NCBI RefSeq assembly: GCF_006345805.1
Contig: NC_043015.1
Span: 14,756,001-14,820,000 of the forward strand
Length of the DNA stretch: 64,000 bases
Source: Octopus sinensis
Lineage: Eukaryota
Reading direction: 5' to 3'
In this document: piece by piece, positions 40,203 through 51,500 of the stretch
Layout of the letters: the number at the start of each line of letters is the position of its first letter
Position numbering within the stretch: the first letter of the stretch is position 1
The notes under the pieces: model-generated
What the model was told of the DNA's origin: nothing
The model's database searches: none
What the model saw: the letters and a program-made list of their open reading frames with translations, nothing else
Translations under genes and position numbers: made by a program

Positions 40203-40750
40203 GTATACATATATATGTATATATATATATGTATACATATATATGTATATATATATATGTATACATATATATGTATATATATGTATACATATATATGTAT
40301 ATATATATGTACACAAGTATGTGTGTGTGTATATATGTGTATGTATGTGTATATATATGTATGTATACATGTATGTGTGTGTGTATATATGTGTGTGTAT
40401 GTATATGTGTATATATATGTATGTATACATGTATATGTGTGTATGTATATGTGTATATATATGTATGTATACATGTATATGTGTGTGTATATATGTATAT
40501 GTGTATGTATATATGCATACATATGTATGTATATAACATGTGTATGTATATACATATATATGCATTTATATAACATATATGTATGTACATACTTACATAT
40601 ACACATACACACACACACACACACATATATATGTATATATATATATGTGTATGTATATATATATATGTATATATATATATTATATATATATATATATATA
40701 ATATATATATATATACATACACATATATATATTTATGATATACATATATG
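39990..40750. repeat. ~760-bp compound (TA)/(TG)/(CA) microsatellite tract
   Basis: Directly visible; source of the long spurious Y/I/V/C ORFs. Confidence 0.97.
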
Positions 40751-41247
40751 AATGATATTCCCTAAATACTTCTAACTGCATTATATATTGAATTTATAAC
40801 TGAACATTTTACCAATGCTCGAATGAATTAGTTGATTCAAATTAAAACCCCTTTTGTGTAGTTTATCAGCTCAATCTTCATCCAATCTGTGTTCCTCCAT
40901 ATTATGTTGAATAAAGACTTTTTTTTTTCTAACTCTGCCTACTTTTCACACATTCACAGCTCTTTTGATCTGTTTCTCTTTTTTATTTGCCTCAATTCTT
41001 CAAATCTGTTTTTCTACATACATGCACATTTACACACAAATTTGCAAACCTGCATTATTTTCTGGAAAAGATATACATACATACCTACACATATAAAGAA
41101 GTATGTGTGTGTGTATGTAAAACCCATGCCAAAAACATACAGTAAATAAAGCCCGGTGTAGTCCTCTAGCTTGCAAGCTCTTGTCAGACCATCCATTTCA
41201 TAGAAAACAGATGTTAAAGGATGATGATGATGATATATATACATATA

Positions 41248-41404
41248 TATCTGTAAATATAATATGTGACAGTTATTCGTACCCAAGATATATATGTTAT
41301 CCGGATAACTGAAGAGATGGTGGTGTGGATTTCCACCTCAGCATCCGAAACTCAGAGGTTTATCTTGGCTACCGAATAATTGTCACATATTATATTTACA
41401 GATA
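41248..41404. repeat. 43/44-bp inverted repeat enclosing a hammerhead-like motif (Penelope inverted-pLTR-like)
   Basis: tatctgtaaatataatatgtgacagttattcgtacccaagata (41248-41290) versus the reverse complement of 41361-41404: two mismatches and one indel. Confidence 0.85.
41303..41365 (+). ncRNA. Near-intact type I hammerhead ribozyme motif
   Basis: ggataa-CTGAAGA-gatggtg..gtgg(attt)ccac..cagcatc-c-GAAA-ctc(a)gag-GT-ttatct. Core intact except G at 16.1 and an extra C at the base of stem II. Confidence 0.65.
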
Positions 41405-41468
41405 AATTCCTCTATTTACATAATATTGAGGTCTCTTTCTTTCTTCTGTTATCTTACCGTTTTTGCCA

Positions 41469-41509
<41 letters not shown>

Positions 41510-41609
41510 CACGTACACATATGCAAATAAATACTAATTAATATAGATATACATGCACATCAAGAATACTTACCCCAGCAAATGTGTTTAGAATGATATA
41601 CAGGATTTT

Positions 41610-42766
41610 GGGGCTAAATTTGAAAGTTTGAATAAGAGGAAAAGAAAACATAATATACCATCCAAGAATAAAAACTATCAACTAGATTATGGCTAGGGGG
41701 TAACACACCTTTCTGAAAGTAGCTGCCCTCTGCTTCCACCCTGGTCCCAGGAAAGCTCTGGAATGTGGCTCATGTGTTCCTCGCTGTGTCTCTAGGAAGA
41801 TCTTCAGATATCTCTTTGATCTTGGACACAAGCTCAGCCTTGGTGTTGCAAGTCGAGTGGTTGGTGTCTTTCTCACCACACATAGTAATCTATAGGATTT
41901 CATTTGGGGAGATTAGGTGACCAGGAATTAGGGCTGGTGAAGTTGTAGCAATTCTCCAACAACCACTTCTGACTCTTCCTGGAGGAACAGTAAGGAGCTG
42001 AACCCTGCTGCCACACATATGGCCTTCCAGCAACAATCCTCACCAGCAGCTTCACCTTGATATCTGAATTGAGCCTAAGGCTTTGTTCAAAGATGTGGGA
42101 TGGTATAACATATCCCTCACTGGAGGCACAGCCAAACACCATCATATGGCTTGTAGGCAGGCCACCTGTTGTTCTGGGTATTGTGCAACTGGTCCTTAGA
42201 GAAATCATTTTCATCTGAGAACCAGATCATTCCCTGTTCAACAGGATGCCTCATCTTATTCAGGAGCTTCTTTAGCTTCATTCAAATGGTTCTCTTTGGC
42301 CTTGGCTGTCAGAATTTATCCCTTGCACCTCTTGTATGAGTGGTAGCTCAGGTCTTCATTCGGGACCAGCTTCATGATAGTGACTTCAACACTCATCTTT
42401 CACCAAAGCCCAGATTCCCTTGCTTGGATATTCCATCACCTTGTCCTGCAGTTGGATGAATTCAAGCACATGATACAGCCAGAGGACCTGCTGTGTCCCT
42501 GCTAACTGCCCACGTCATGTCTTACAGCTTTTACACCGGTTACAGAGCATTGAGCAGCCATCATGACATTGACCTTTTGATACCTTGCACGAATCATCGC
42601 GATACAAGAAATTCTTTTCCAGCATGTCAGCTAATTTTTTTCTGAACTATAATCTTTATACTCTCCAACACCATTGACTGTTCACCAGTACATCAAGCTG
42701 TTCCTAAAAATAAAAATAAAAGGGGTGGGGCACATAAAAATTGTCAAATTTAACCCAAACACCTTA
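41610..42766 (-). mobile_element. Decayed IS630-Tc1-mariner element (maT/DD37D-like)
   Basis: Degenerate 23-bp TIRs (..gggctaaatttga) with TA flanks; MVFGCASSEG.V.P.HIFE...AGRPYVWQQGSAP...SQKWL..N...FTSPNSWSPN. Confidence 0.85.
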
Positions 42767-43246
42767 TATAGATAAATGCTTATAGTTAAATTTATATTTA
42801 GATTCATGCGCACACAGACATGCACATCCACACATACATGCTTATATGTATATTTCTTAATAACTGCATAAAGACAAACTTGTAAACAACTACATTAAAA
42901 AAAGCATAACAAGATTGTGTATGAATATGGATATATGCAGTAAAAGGAGATAACGAGAAATTATTAGGTGATAATAAATTTGATGCTGTTGGATGCTGGC
43001 ATGTAAGTAAGTTATAAAGACATGCTGAAAAAGTTGTATATGTTTGGTTAAACTAGTATAAATAATGGTCAAGTTGGAATAGTAACATATATATAAATGT
43101 GTAAGATGAATTAAAAATTACCTATTGAGGTGTGAAATTGGTTGTAAACATTTGTATGTCTTGAATATTTTATGATGGCAGTAAACAATATTTTCTGAAT
43201 GTCTGTTGAAAATAGGCACCTTTGCAAGGAGAATTTCCTAGCACAC

Positions 43247-43474
43247 TTAACCCTTTCAGTACCAACCCGGCTGAAACCGGCTCTTGCTTTGAGTGCAAAT
43301 GTCTTGTTTTCATAAATTTTGAATTAAAATCTTCTACCAAACCTTAGTTACAATTTATGTTCCTAACACTAGTTGAATGATAACTAAGTGATTTTACTAA
43401 ATTCTTTGTTATATTTAACGTAAGTGAAAGAAACACAGAATATCTCAAAATAAATACAGTAATAAAAGGGTTAA
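43247..43474. mobile_element. TTAA-CCC...GGG-TTAA MITE, family 2
   Basis: ttaaccctttcagtac ... gtaataaaagggttaa, 228 bp, non-coding. Confidence 0.7.
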
Positions 43475-43775
43475 ACTTATAGCAGCATCAGATTTAGCCT
43501 TAGATATGACTTTCCGTATTGTATTGAATTTTTTCTTTTTCAATGTTTTTGAAATTCCGTATCAAAATAGAAAGCAAGGTGACGTTTTTTCCTATAGGAT
43601 TTTCGAATGAATTTGATTAAAATTAAACTGAAAATAATTAGCAGAAAGGCCAGTACAAGCATTATATTTTTCATATAACTAACTTTTTTCTCATTAATCA
43701 AGAGTAAACTTACTTGGTTTGTAATCTCTAAGAAGCCTGTTATTTACTTTATTTATTTATATATTTATACATTTT

Positions 43776-44522
43776 GATGAAGTGGTGAAGCACGACCTTT
43801 GAACATTAGGCCTCACCAAGGAAATGACTAGCAACCGAGACTTTTGGAAATATGTTGCGCTCGAGAAGACCTGGCAAGCCAAATGAGACCATAACCTGTG
43901 GCCTATGCCAGGAGCATAACCAGCCCGCTTATGCATACCTTTTCCTTCTTTGGTCACTAAACTCTGCTTGCAAAAACCTGTTGAGGCAAGTGAAATCAAA
44001 ATCAAATCAAAATCAATTCGATGACTGGCACCTGTGCTAGCAGGGTGCAAAGAGCACCATACGAGTGTGATCATTGACAGAGCGGCTATTCGAGTATGAT
44101 CGTTTACAGCGTCGCCTTACTGGCACTTATGCCTGTGCTAGTAGGGTGCCAAGAGCACCATCCGAGCGTGATCGTTGCCAGAGCAGCCAACTGGCTTCCG
44201 TACCCGTGGCACGTACAAGGGCACCATTCGAGTGTGATCATTACCAACATCGCTTCACTGGCACCTGTGCCGGTGGCACATGTAAAAAGATTTGAACGAG
44301 GTCATTGCCAGTACCGTCTGACTGGCCCCTTTGCCGGTGGTACGTAAAAAGCAGCCACTACACTCTCAGAGTGGTTGGCGTTAGGAAGAGCATCCAGCTG
44401 TAGAAACTCTGCCAGATTAAGATTGGAGCCTAATGCAGCCATCTGGTTCACCAGCCCTCAGTCAAAATCGTCCAACTCATGCTAGCATGGAAAGCAAACG
44501 TTAAATGATGATGATGATGATG
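43776..44522 (+). mobile_element. RTE LINE 3' end (ORF2 terminus, 3' UTR with ~65-bp subrepeats, (GAT)n tail)
   Basis: EVVKHDL*TLGLTKEMTSNRDFWKYVALEKTWQAK*; repeated gtgccggtggcac units; gatgatgat tail. Confidence 0.85.
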
Positions 44523-46559
44523 AACTCTTTAACTGATGTAGTGCTTTCTCTATGTAAATCTCCCAATCCTGTTAGAAACTAGAGATTTTGAAGAAACTGC
44601 AGTTATTCTAGTATAAAAGTCATGGAAATATAACTATTGCATGAGTTTGGATTAAACATGGTTATTGGATTATTAGTGTACATTGCAAATGTAATTTTTA
44701 CTGGTTGTTGTTGATTTTTACCTATTGTCATATCACTGTTTCCCAATTACAGGTGGTGTGTTAACATATATGTATAAGATAACAATTCCTGGGCATCGAT
44801 TTTCTTTCTCAAAGCTGAACTTGTGTTCCAGTAGACTTTTTAACTTTGAAGCTGCACAACTTCCATTAAGAAAACGCATTCCAAGATATGCCCCCATCTT
44901 CTCCATTCATGTAATAAAGGTGCTGTTGCCCTGTTGACATGCATACTTTTGGTCTCATCATTTATCCTGCCCAATATTCCTTGAGGAAAAAGTTAAGAAA
45001 ATATTCAGTGAGTTTTGCTTCTACATTCAAAGGATTTGTAGAGCCCACATCACTAACGAAAGCATTAATGCAATAATCAACTAGATGATCATCCCACTCT
45101 TGCTCAGAATCGGCTTTGTTATTACTGCTCATTAAATCCAGATTAAATTCCAATCAGAATCACTGATCTCTGGTGCGTAGAGATGATACTGAAATATCTT
45201 GTCCAAACCCAAGCTTTGTCTAATTAAATCATTAATTATATAACTGAATTCTTTAAGGCGGTGAGCTAGCAGAATCATTAGCAGACTGGGAAAAATACTT
45301 AGTGGCATTTTGTCTGTCCTTACTTTCTGATCTCAAATCCTGCCAAGGCTGACTTTGCCTTTCATTTTTTTTTTTAGGGGGGGGGGTCATTGAAATAAGT
45401 ACCAGTAATGCACTGGGGTCAATTTAATTGACTAGCCCCCTCCTCTTAATTTTTAGGCCTTGTGCCTGTTATAGAACAGAATATTACTGAATTCTTTAAG
45501 GTGGTGAGCTGGCAGAATTGTTACCATGCTGGAGAAAATGCTTAGTGGCATTTTGTCTCTTATGTTCTGAGTTCAAATTCCACCGAGGTCAACTTTACCT
45601 TTCATCCCTCCTGGAATTGATAAAATAAATACCAGCTGAGCAGTGGGGTTGATGTAACCATATTACTCCCTCCCCTGAAATTGCTGACCTTGTGTTAAAA
45701 TTTGAAATCATTATTATTGATTTCTAACTCACTGCTTCAGGTATTGCTGATCATGATGCCCAAAACCTGAAGCAAGAAAAAAATCTGAAGAAATTCATTG
45801 GATAAACAACAAATACAAATACACAAGATGTGAAGAGGATGTCTTTTGATAGAAGAGTGCTTAGTTTCTGTTTCATAGCCCAGAATTGCTGTTTAGTTGT
45901 ATGGAGTTCAGGATTTGGTGTCGATTGTGCTTATTTGTAGTACAGGACTTTAGGAAGTAAATATTTTTCCAATATGTTTAGAATCAAATTTCTACCATTA
46001 TTGTCTTTGCTTTTTATCATTTACCTGTGCCAATCATTGGACTGTAGCCCTGCTGGGGCATTGCCTTGAAGGGTTTTAGTCCAACAAATCAATCCCAGTG
46101 CTTATTTTAAAACCTGGTGCTTATTCTGTCGGTCACTTTTTGCACACTGATAAGTTATGGGGCCACAAACAAACTAACACCAGTTGTCAAGCAGTGGTGG
46201 GAGACAAACATAAATATACACAGACACAAATAAATATATATGACAAGTTTCTTCCAGTTTCCATCTACCAAATCCACTCAGAAGGCTTTGGTCAGCCCAG
46301 GGCTATAGTAAAGACACTTGCTTAAGGTGCTACACAGTGGGATTAAACCCAAAACCATGTGTAAAAAAAAAAAAGAAACCAGTTCTGACTGACACCATCA
46401 TGGAAATTTACTGATAATAATTTTGATTGTGAGAAGTATTTTATATCACAGCTGCAAGATACACACATATAAGGCATTTAAGTTTTCCTATTAATTAGAA
46501 CTTGTTCTAGTTTAAAACATGTAATATTGATTTTGAATGCTATAACATATTATTTGGAC

Positions 46560-47100
46560 ATTTGATAAATCTCAGTGAGAGGATGTCTGAGGTAGAGAAA
46601 AATAATAAATTGTAGGAAAACATTTCGACAACTGGCTGTAATCTTGTAGACCAGTTAAATAATAAAATCAGTGATGCACATAAAGATTCAAGATGTTAAG
46701 AAGCTTGAGAAAGTTGTGAATGACTATGATTTACATAAAATTAGTGAAGTTGATATAAAAATGTAGAAAGGATGAGAGAAAGTTGTGAACAGACATGAGA
46801 AATGAAAAGTGAGGATTTTAGCAAAGAGAAAGTATTATGAAATGTAGCAATAACAACATTGAAAATATTTTGGATGGGAATTACTTCCAAATATAACTTC
46901 ACATGAGCTAATTTTTTGATATTTGTTACTAATATATGTCGACAGACTATCGTATTAGAATTATAAACTTCAAGTTGTTCTCAGAAAAATAATTCCATAA
47001 ACTTTGGCATAAGTCATATTATGCAAAGGATATTATCCTTAAAGCTAATACACTGTTGGTAAAGATCAATATTTTCTTTGATGTTCTTTGAGAAGAAAAT
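46560..47100 (+). pseudogene. Possible decayed LINE ORF1 remnant
   Basis: A-rich, K/E-rich broken frames; no firm motif. Confidence 0.2.
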
Positions 47101-49844
47101 TATGCAAAGCTTATGTCAAAAGAAAGATGTTACTAATAGCATCAAATTTCTTCACATTGTAGGGTAAATTATAGAGAATTGTATGTATGAAATGTGAAAT
47201 AGTGAAACAAAAGAAATATTTAGCATTAAAAAAAAAAGATTGTTGTGCTTGTAAATAAAGACCAGAATAAAGAACAAAAACGTGATGAGAATAAACCAGG
47301 AAATGACAGTTGCAAAGAGTATTGAATCAATTTGGTTAAATTTCTTTTTCTTAAGCATGGAACTGTCTTGAGAAGAATAGGATTATTTTTTCATTAAACT
47401 TAAAGAATGTCATTTATAGATATTTTTATCAATAGGCACAGGCATGGCTGAGTGATAAGAAGCTTGCTTCCCAGCCACATCGTTCTGAGTTCAGTCCCAC
47501 TGCATGGGACTTCTACTATAGCCTTGGCCAGCCAAAGCCTTGTGAGTGGATTGGTAGATGGAAACTGAAAGAAGCCCATCATGTGTATATATAATGTGTG
47601 AGTGTGTGTGTGCTTTTGTCCCCCACTACTTCTTGACAACCAGTGTTAGTGTGTCTAAATCCCCCGTAACTTAGCGGATTGGCAAAAGAGACTGATAGAA
47701 TAAGTACTAGGCTTAAGGTTGATTTATTCAACTGAAGCCCTTCAAGGCAGTGTCCCAGCATAGCTGCAGTCTAATGACTGAAACAAGTAAAAGACAAGAT
47801 CGTTGGTAAAATAGTGTTTAGGTAACAATGCAGTTATTACTTTAATGACTTGAATTTCTAATGAACATTTTGGTCAAACTAAAGAGCTGTAAAATAGTGA
47901 TCACTCATTTATTTTTCAGTTCTTGTGAATCCATCGCCATTCAGCGAGAGGAAGAATTCCTTGGACACTAATGAAGCAAGATTAAGTCTAGATATTGGAA
48001 TAAAGCTGTTGATCGGACCTGTTTGAACAGAACATTTTATTAGATATGTTAGTGTATATCAACTGTTGTGGGTCAGTTATGATAAAGTTTAACCCTGTAG
48101 CATTTTAAATGGCCATATGCAGCACAAATATTCTGTTTCTTTTATGTTCAAACTGACAAGGTTTGGCCTCTCACACCTACCCTATAAAATGAAACAATCA
48201 CATCCTTGAAATCTTGAAGTTACAAGATAATGCAAGATTAATTCAAAACAATGTAAATGAATAAGCATTACATTTGATAGAGTAATTTGAATGCTAATGA
48301 GTTAACCCAAATTCCATGATTCTATATAGTTAAGAAAGTTTTCCATTCTTAGATAATACTGTCATTCTTTTGTTGTCTTTGCCCATGTGGGATTTGAATT
48401 CTGAAACTCACGAAGCATCTAATTATATAATGTTCTTAATGCTTATATTAATTATATCAAGACCACTTAATGATGCCAATTTACAAAGCAAAGATATTGA
48501 CAGTTAAGTCTTTTATCATTTACTGTGTGCATCACTGGTGACAGTTGTCAGACAACTGGCTTTTGGGTTGGCAAGCTAATATACTAATTATTTAGTGAGC
48601 TACAGATCTTCACTATTCAGTGAGAAATATGTTTATGTGAATAACATTTGGAGGAAAAGTGCAAATCTTATTTCAAATTAGGCATGGCATCACTCTCATT
48701 TTCATGGTAACAAATATGGAGCCTGTGACGACGACGATCGTTTTAATACCTAATTTTCAATGCTTGCATGAATCGAATGGAGTTTATTGAGGTAGATTTT
48801 CTTTTGCCAGATGCCCTTCCTGTTGTAAACCTTCATCTATTTCCAAGCGACATAAAATTATCCCATGGCCAGATATGTTGTTGCAGAATATAGGAAATGA
48901 AAGGCAGCAAGCTGGCAGAAACGTTAGCATGCCAGGTGAATACTTAGCCGTATTTTGTCTAACTTTACATTCTGAGTTCAAACTCCGCTGAGGTCAACTT
49001 TACCTTTCAACCTTTCGTGGTCGATAAATTAAGTACCAATTGTGTACTCTTGTCAATCTAATTGACTGGTCCCCTCCTAAAAATTTCGGGCCTTGTGCCT
49101 GGAGCAGAAAAGAATATTGGAAATGAATGACACTGTTTGCATGACGTTGTCACTCATTTACAGCTATCATGTGGTGTCAAAACAAGGAGACATAAACACA
49201 CACACTCAATCTCACATATAACTCACACACACACACACAATGTGCTTCTTTCAATTTCTGTTTGCTAAATCCACTCACAAGACTTTCGTTGACCTGGAGT
49301 GGAGCTATAGTAGAAGACATTTGCTCGAGGTGCGAGATGCTGGAACTGAACCTGAAACCAGCAAACTTTTTTAACCTCACTATTATGGCTTGCACCTCAC
49401 AACCACAGCTGCACCTGAATTTTTTTTCCTTGAGAAATAAATTTTCAATTAATTTTTTTTTAAACAGAGCATTGAGTTACACTTTAATTCAGATTATGAG
49501 TTAACATCTCAGACAACTTAGTTTTTGCAGCTTGATGAAATTTCTTTCTTTACTTTTCTGTTTACCTTTGAAAAAAACCTTTGTCTGTCAAAAACCAGAC
49601 ACCATTAATAATTGTCTTTATATCTGCTCTCACTTGGTTATAAATCATTACCACTTTAGTACTTTGGAAAGTAAAGATATTCCTATCTGTAAACAATAAT
49701 TGATATTTTACTTTCCAGGATATTCTGTGTGAATAGTTCTGTACACTTTCACACACATAGTTTTAAGCATTGTTATATATATATGTATATATATAAGTAT
49801 ATATAAATATATGTATATGTGTATTTTAATTTCTATCGTTTCAG

Positions 49845-49901
49845 AGACTTATACTTTATCTTAGTATTGGAGCATTATTGGACTGTGTAGCCTACCTAAT
49901 G
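49845..49901 (+). CDS. Internal coding exon of the same GPCR: TM2
   Basis: Strong acceptor ttttaatttctatcgtttcag| and donor ATG|gtaagt. 57 nt, open only in phase 0: RLILYLSIGALLDCVAYLM, a hydrophobic helix with the RLILYLS motif. Confidence 0.8.
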
Positions 49902-49999
49902 GTAAGTAAAATATAATTATAACTATAACAATTTAGAAGAAATATTTAAAATGAGTAACAAGGGTACCTTTAATACTACCAAAATATATTATTGCAAAT

Positions 50000-51500
50000 A
50001 TATAAACTCAATGACATAAACATTTCGAAGGGTGAGTGACCATAAAGAGGTTTGGGTCAGTGTAGGTGGAACTTGTGTATCTTGCATTTTATATTTCTAT
50101 TGTAGTGTAATATTGGTGACTGATTTTACAAAAGCCTGTGATCAGTGAGTTTGCTTACTGTTGCAGTGCTGCTATTTTACTTAAAGTTATTATTGAGACA
50201 TGAAATGTGGCATGCCCTTTGTTATTCTGATGAATTATTTTGTGTATTTTTTTCTTTTCCTTACTTCTAGATTTGTCAATTATGTCTGATACAAATGTTT
50301 GCCAGTTTTCTGCTTCTCTTTGGTATATTCTCTATGTTATTTCCGTGTTTAATTGCTTGCTGTTGAGTTTTATTTCTGTTCTCTGAGGCATTGATGTATT
50401 TGAGTTTGGTTATTTCAGTTATGTAATTAGGCTTCTACTTTTTATGTTACTTTGTAAACATCTTTTGGTAACTTCTATAATTATTTTCTTCAATATACGT
50501 AATATAGCAGCTTTGTTGGTGACTCTATTGTTGCTAAGTTTTACAAATTGTAATTCTGTCTCTTGGTTGCAAGTTGATTCCTCTAGGCTTTTTTGCACTC
50601 TATAAAGTATTCTATAAAATTCTTTATAAAAGTGTTTTTATTTGGTTCACAATGTTTAGGTAAGTATGGTGGTCGTAGAAGTGTTGGAGGGTTGTTTAGT
50701 TTGTAAATGTGATGGCTTAAGTATGTGGAGCAGAAAGAGATATCTGAAGAGAAGTCATTGTAGTTAGTCTTTGTGTTCATGAGATGTTGGGAAAAGATGT
50801 GAAAAGAGTTTAACTCTTTCAAATTATTGAATTATTCTGTTGAATGTTATGTTTATTTATTCACATTTAAAAATAAATTTAATCATGCATTATCTCATAA
50901 CTTTGAGATTTCGATGATGTGATTGTTTATTTTTAGAATAACATTATAGGAAGGTGTGAGAAGCTAGTCTGGGATGGTTTGAACATAAAACAGGTAGAAT
51001 ATGTGGGCTGGATATGGCTGGTTTGAATAATAAAAGGTTAATTATGATACTAATCTGTCTCTCTTGTAGTTTATATTATTTATGAACCAGGATGTGCTGT
51101 ATGTGGTGACATTTCCCATCACTTACAGTTTTACGGGTGTGTTAAGGTGATTAAGATGTTATAACTGTGGTATGTAGTTTGGTGGGTTAGTAAGATTGGT
51201 GCTAATATACACAAGTATTACATTAATGCTTCATTCTGCTGAATTTTGTCATGGATACTTGTGTTTTTATGCCTTATTAATATTGTCATTTGTGGTATCT
51301 ACATTTTGTGATGCATAATTATGTGCTTATCATAAGGCTGCTACACTGAGCTTACTGGGATGAAATTAGGAATTTGAGGGAGCTTGAAGAGGGACTGTAG
51401 TGCAACCAAATGTAAATGTTTTGGCTTACAAATATGTTTGTGCTTGTATTGTTGTTGTTCTCTTGTAAGGTAAAAGGGTTTTATTGATTTTTGGCTCTGG
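50000..51500 (-). pseudogene. Highly decayed retroelement-like region (interrupted by the MITE at 50810)
   Basis: T/G skew on +, broken minus-strand frames; clade not determinable. Confidence 0.25.

Noticed and set aside
39940-40751. Longest ORFs in the track (150-250 aa)
   Set aside because: Translations of dinucleotide microsatellite. The same applies to the many [12 protein letters not shown] ORFs elsewhere.
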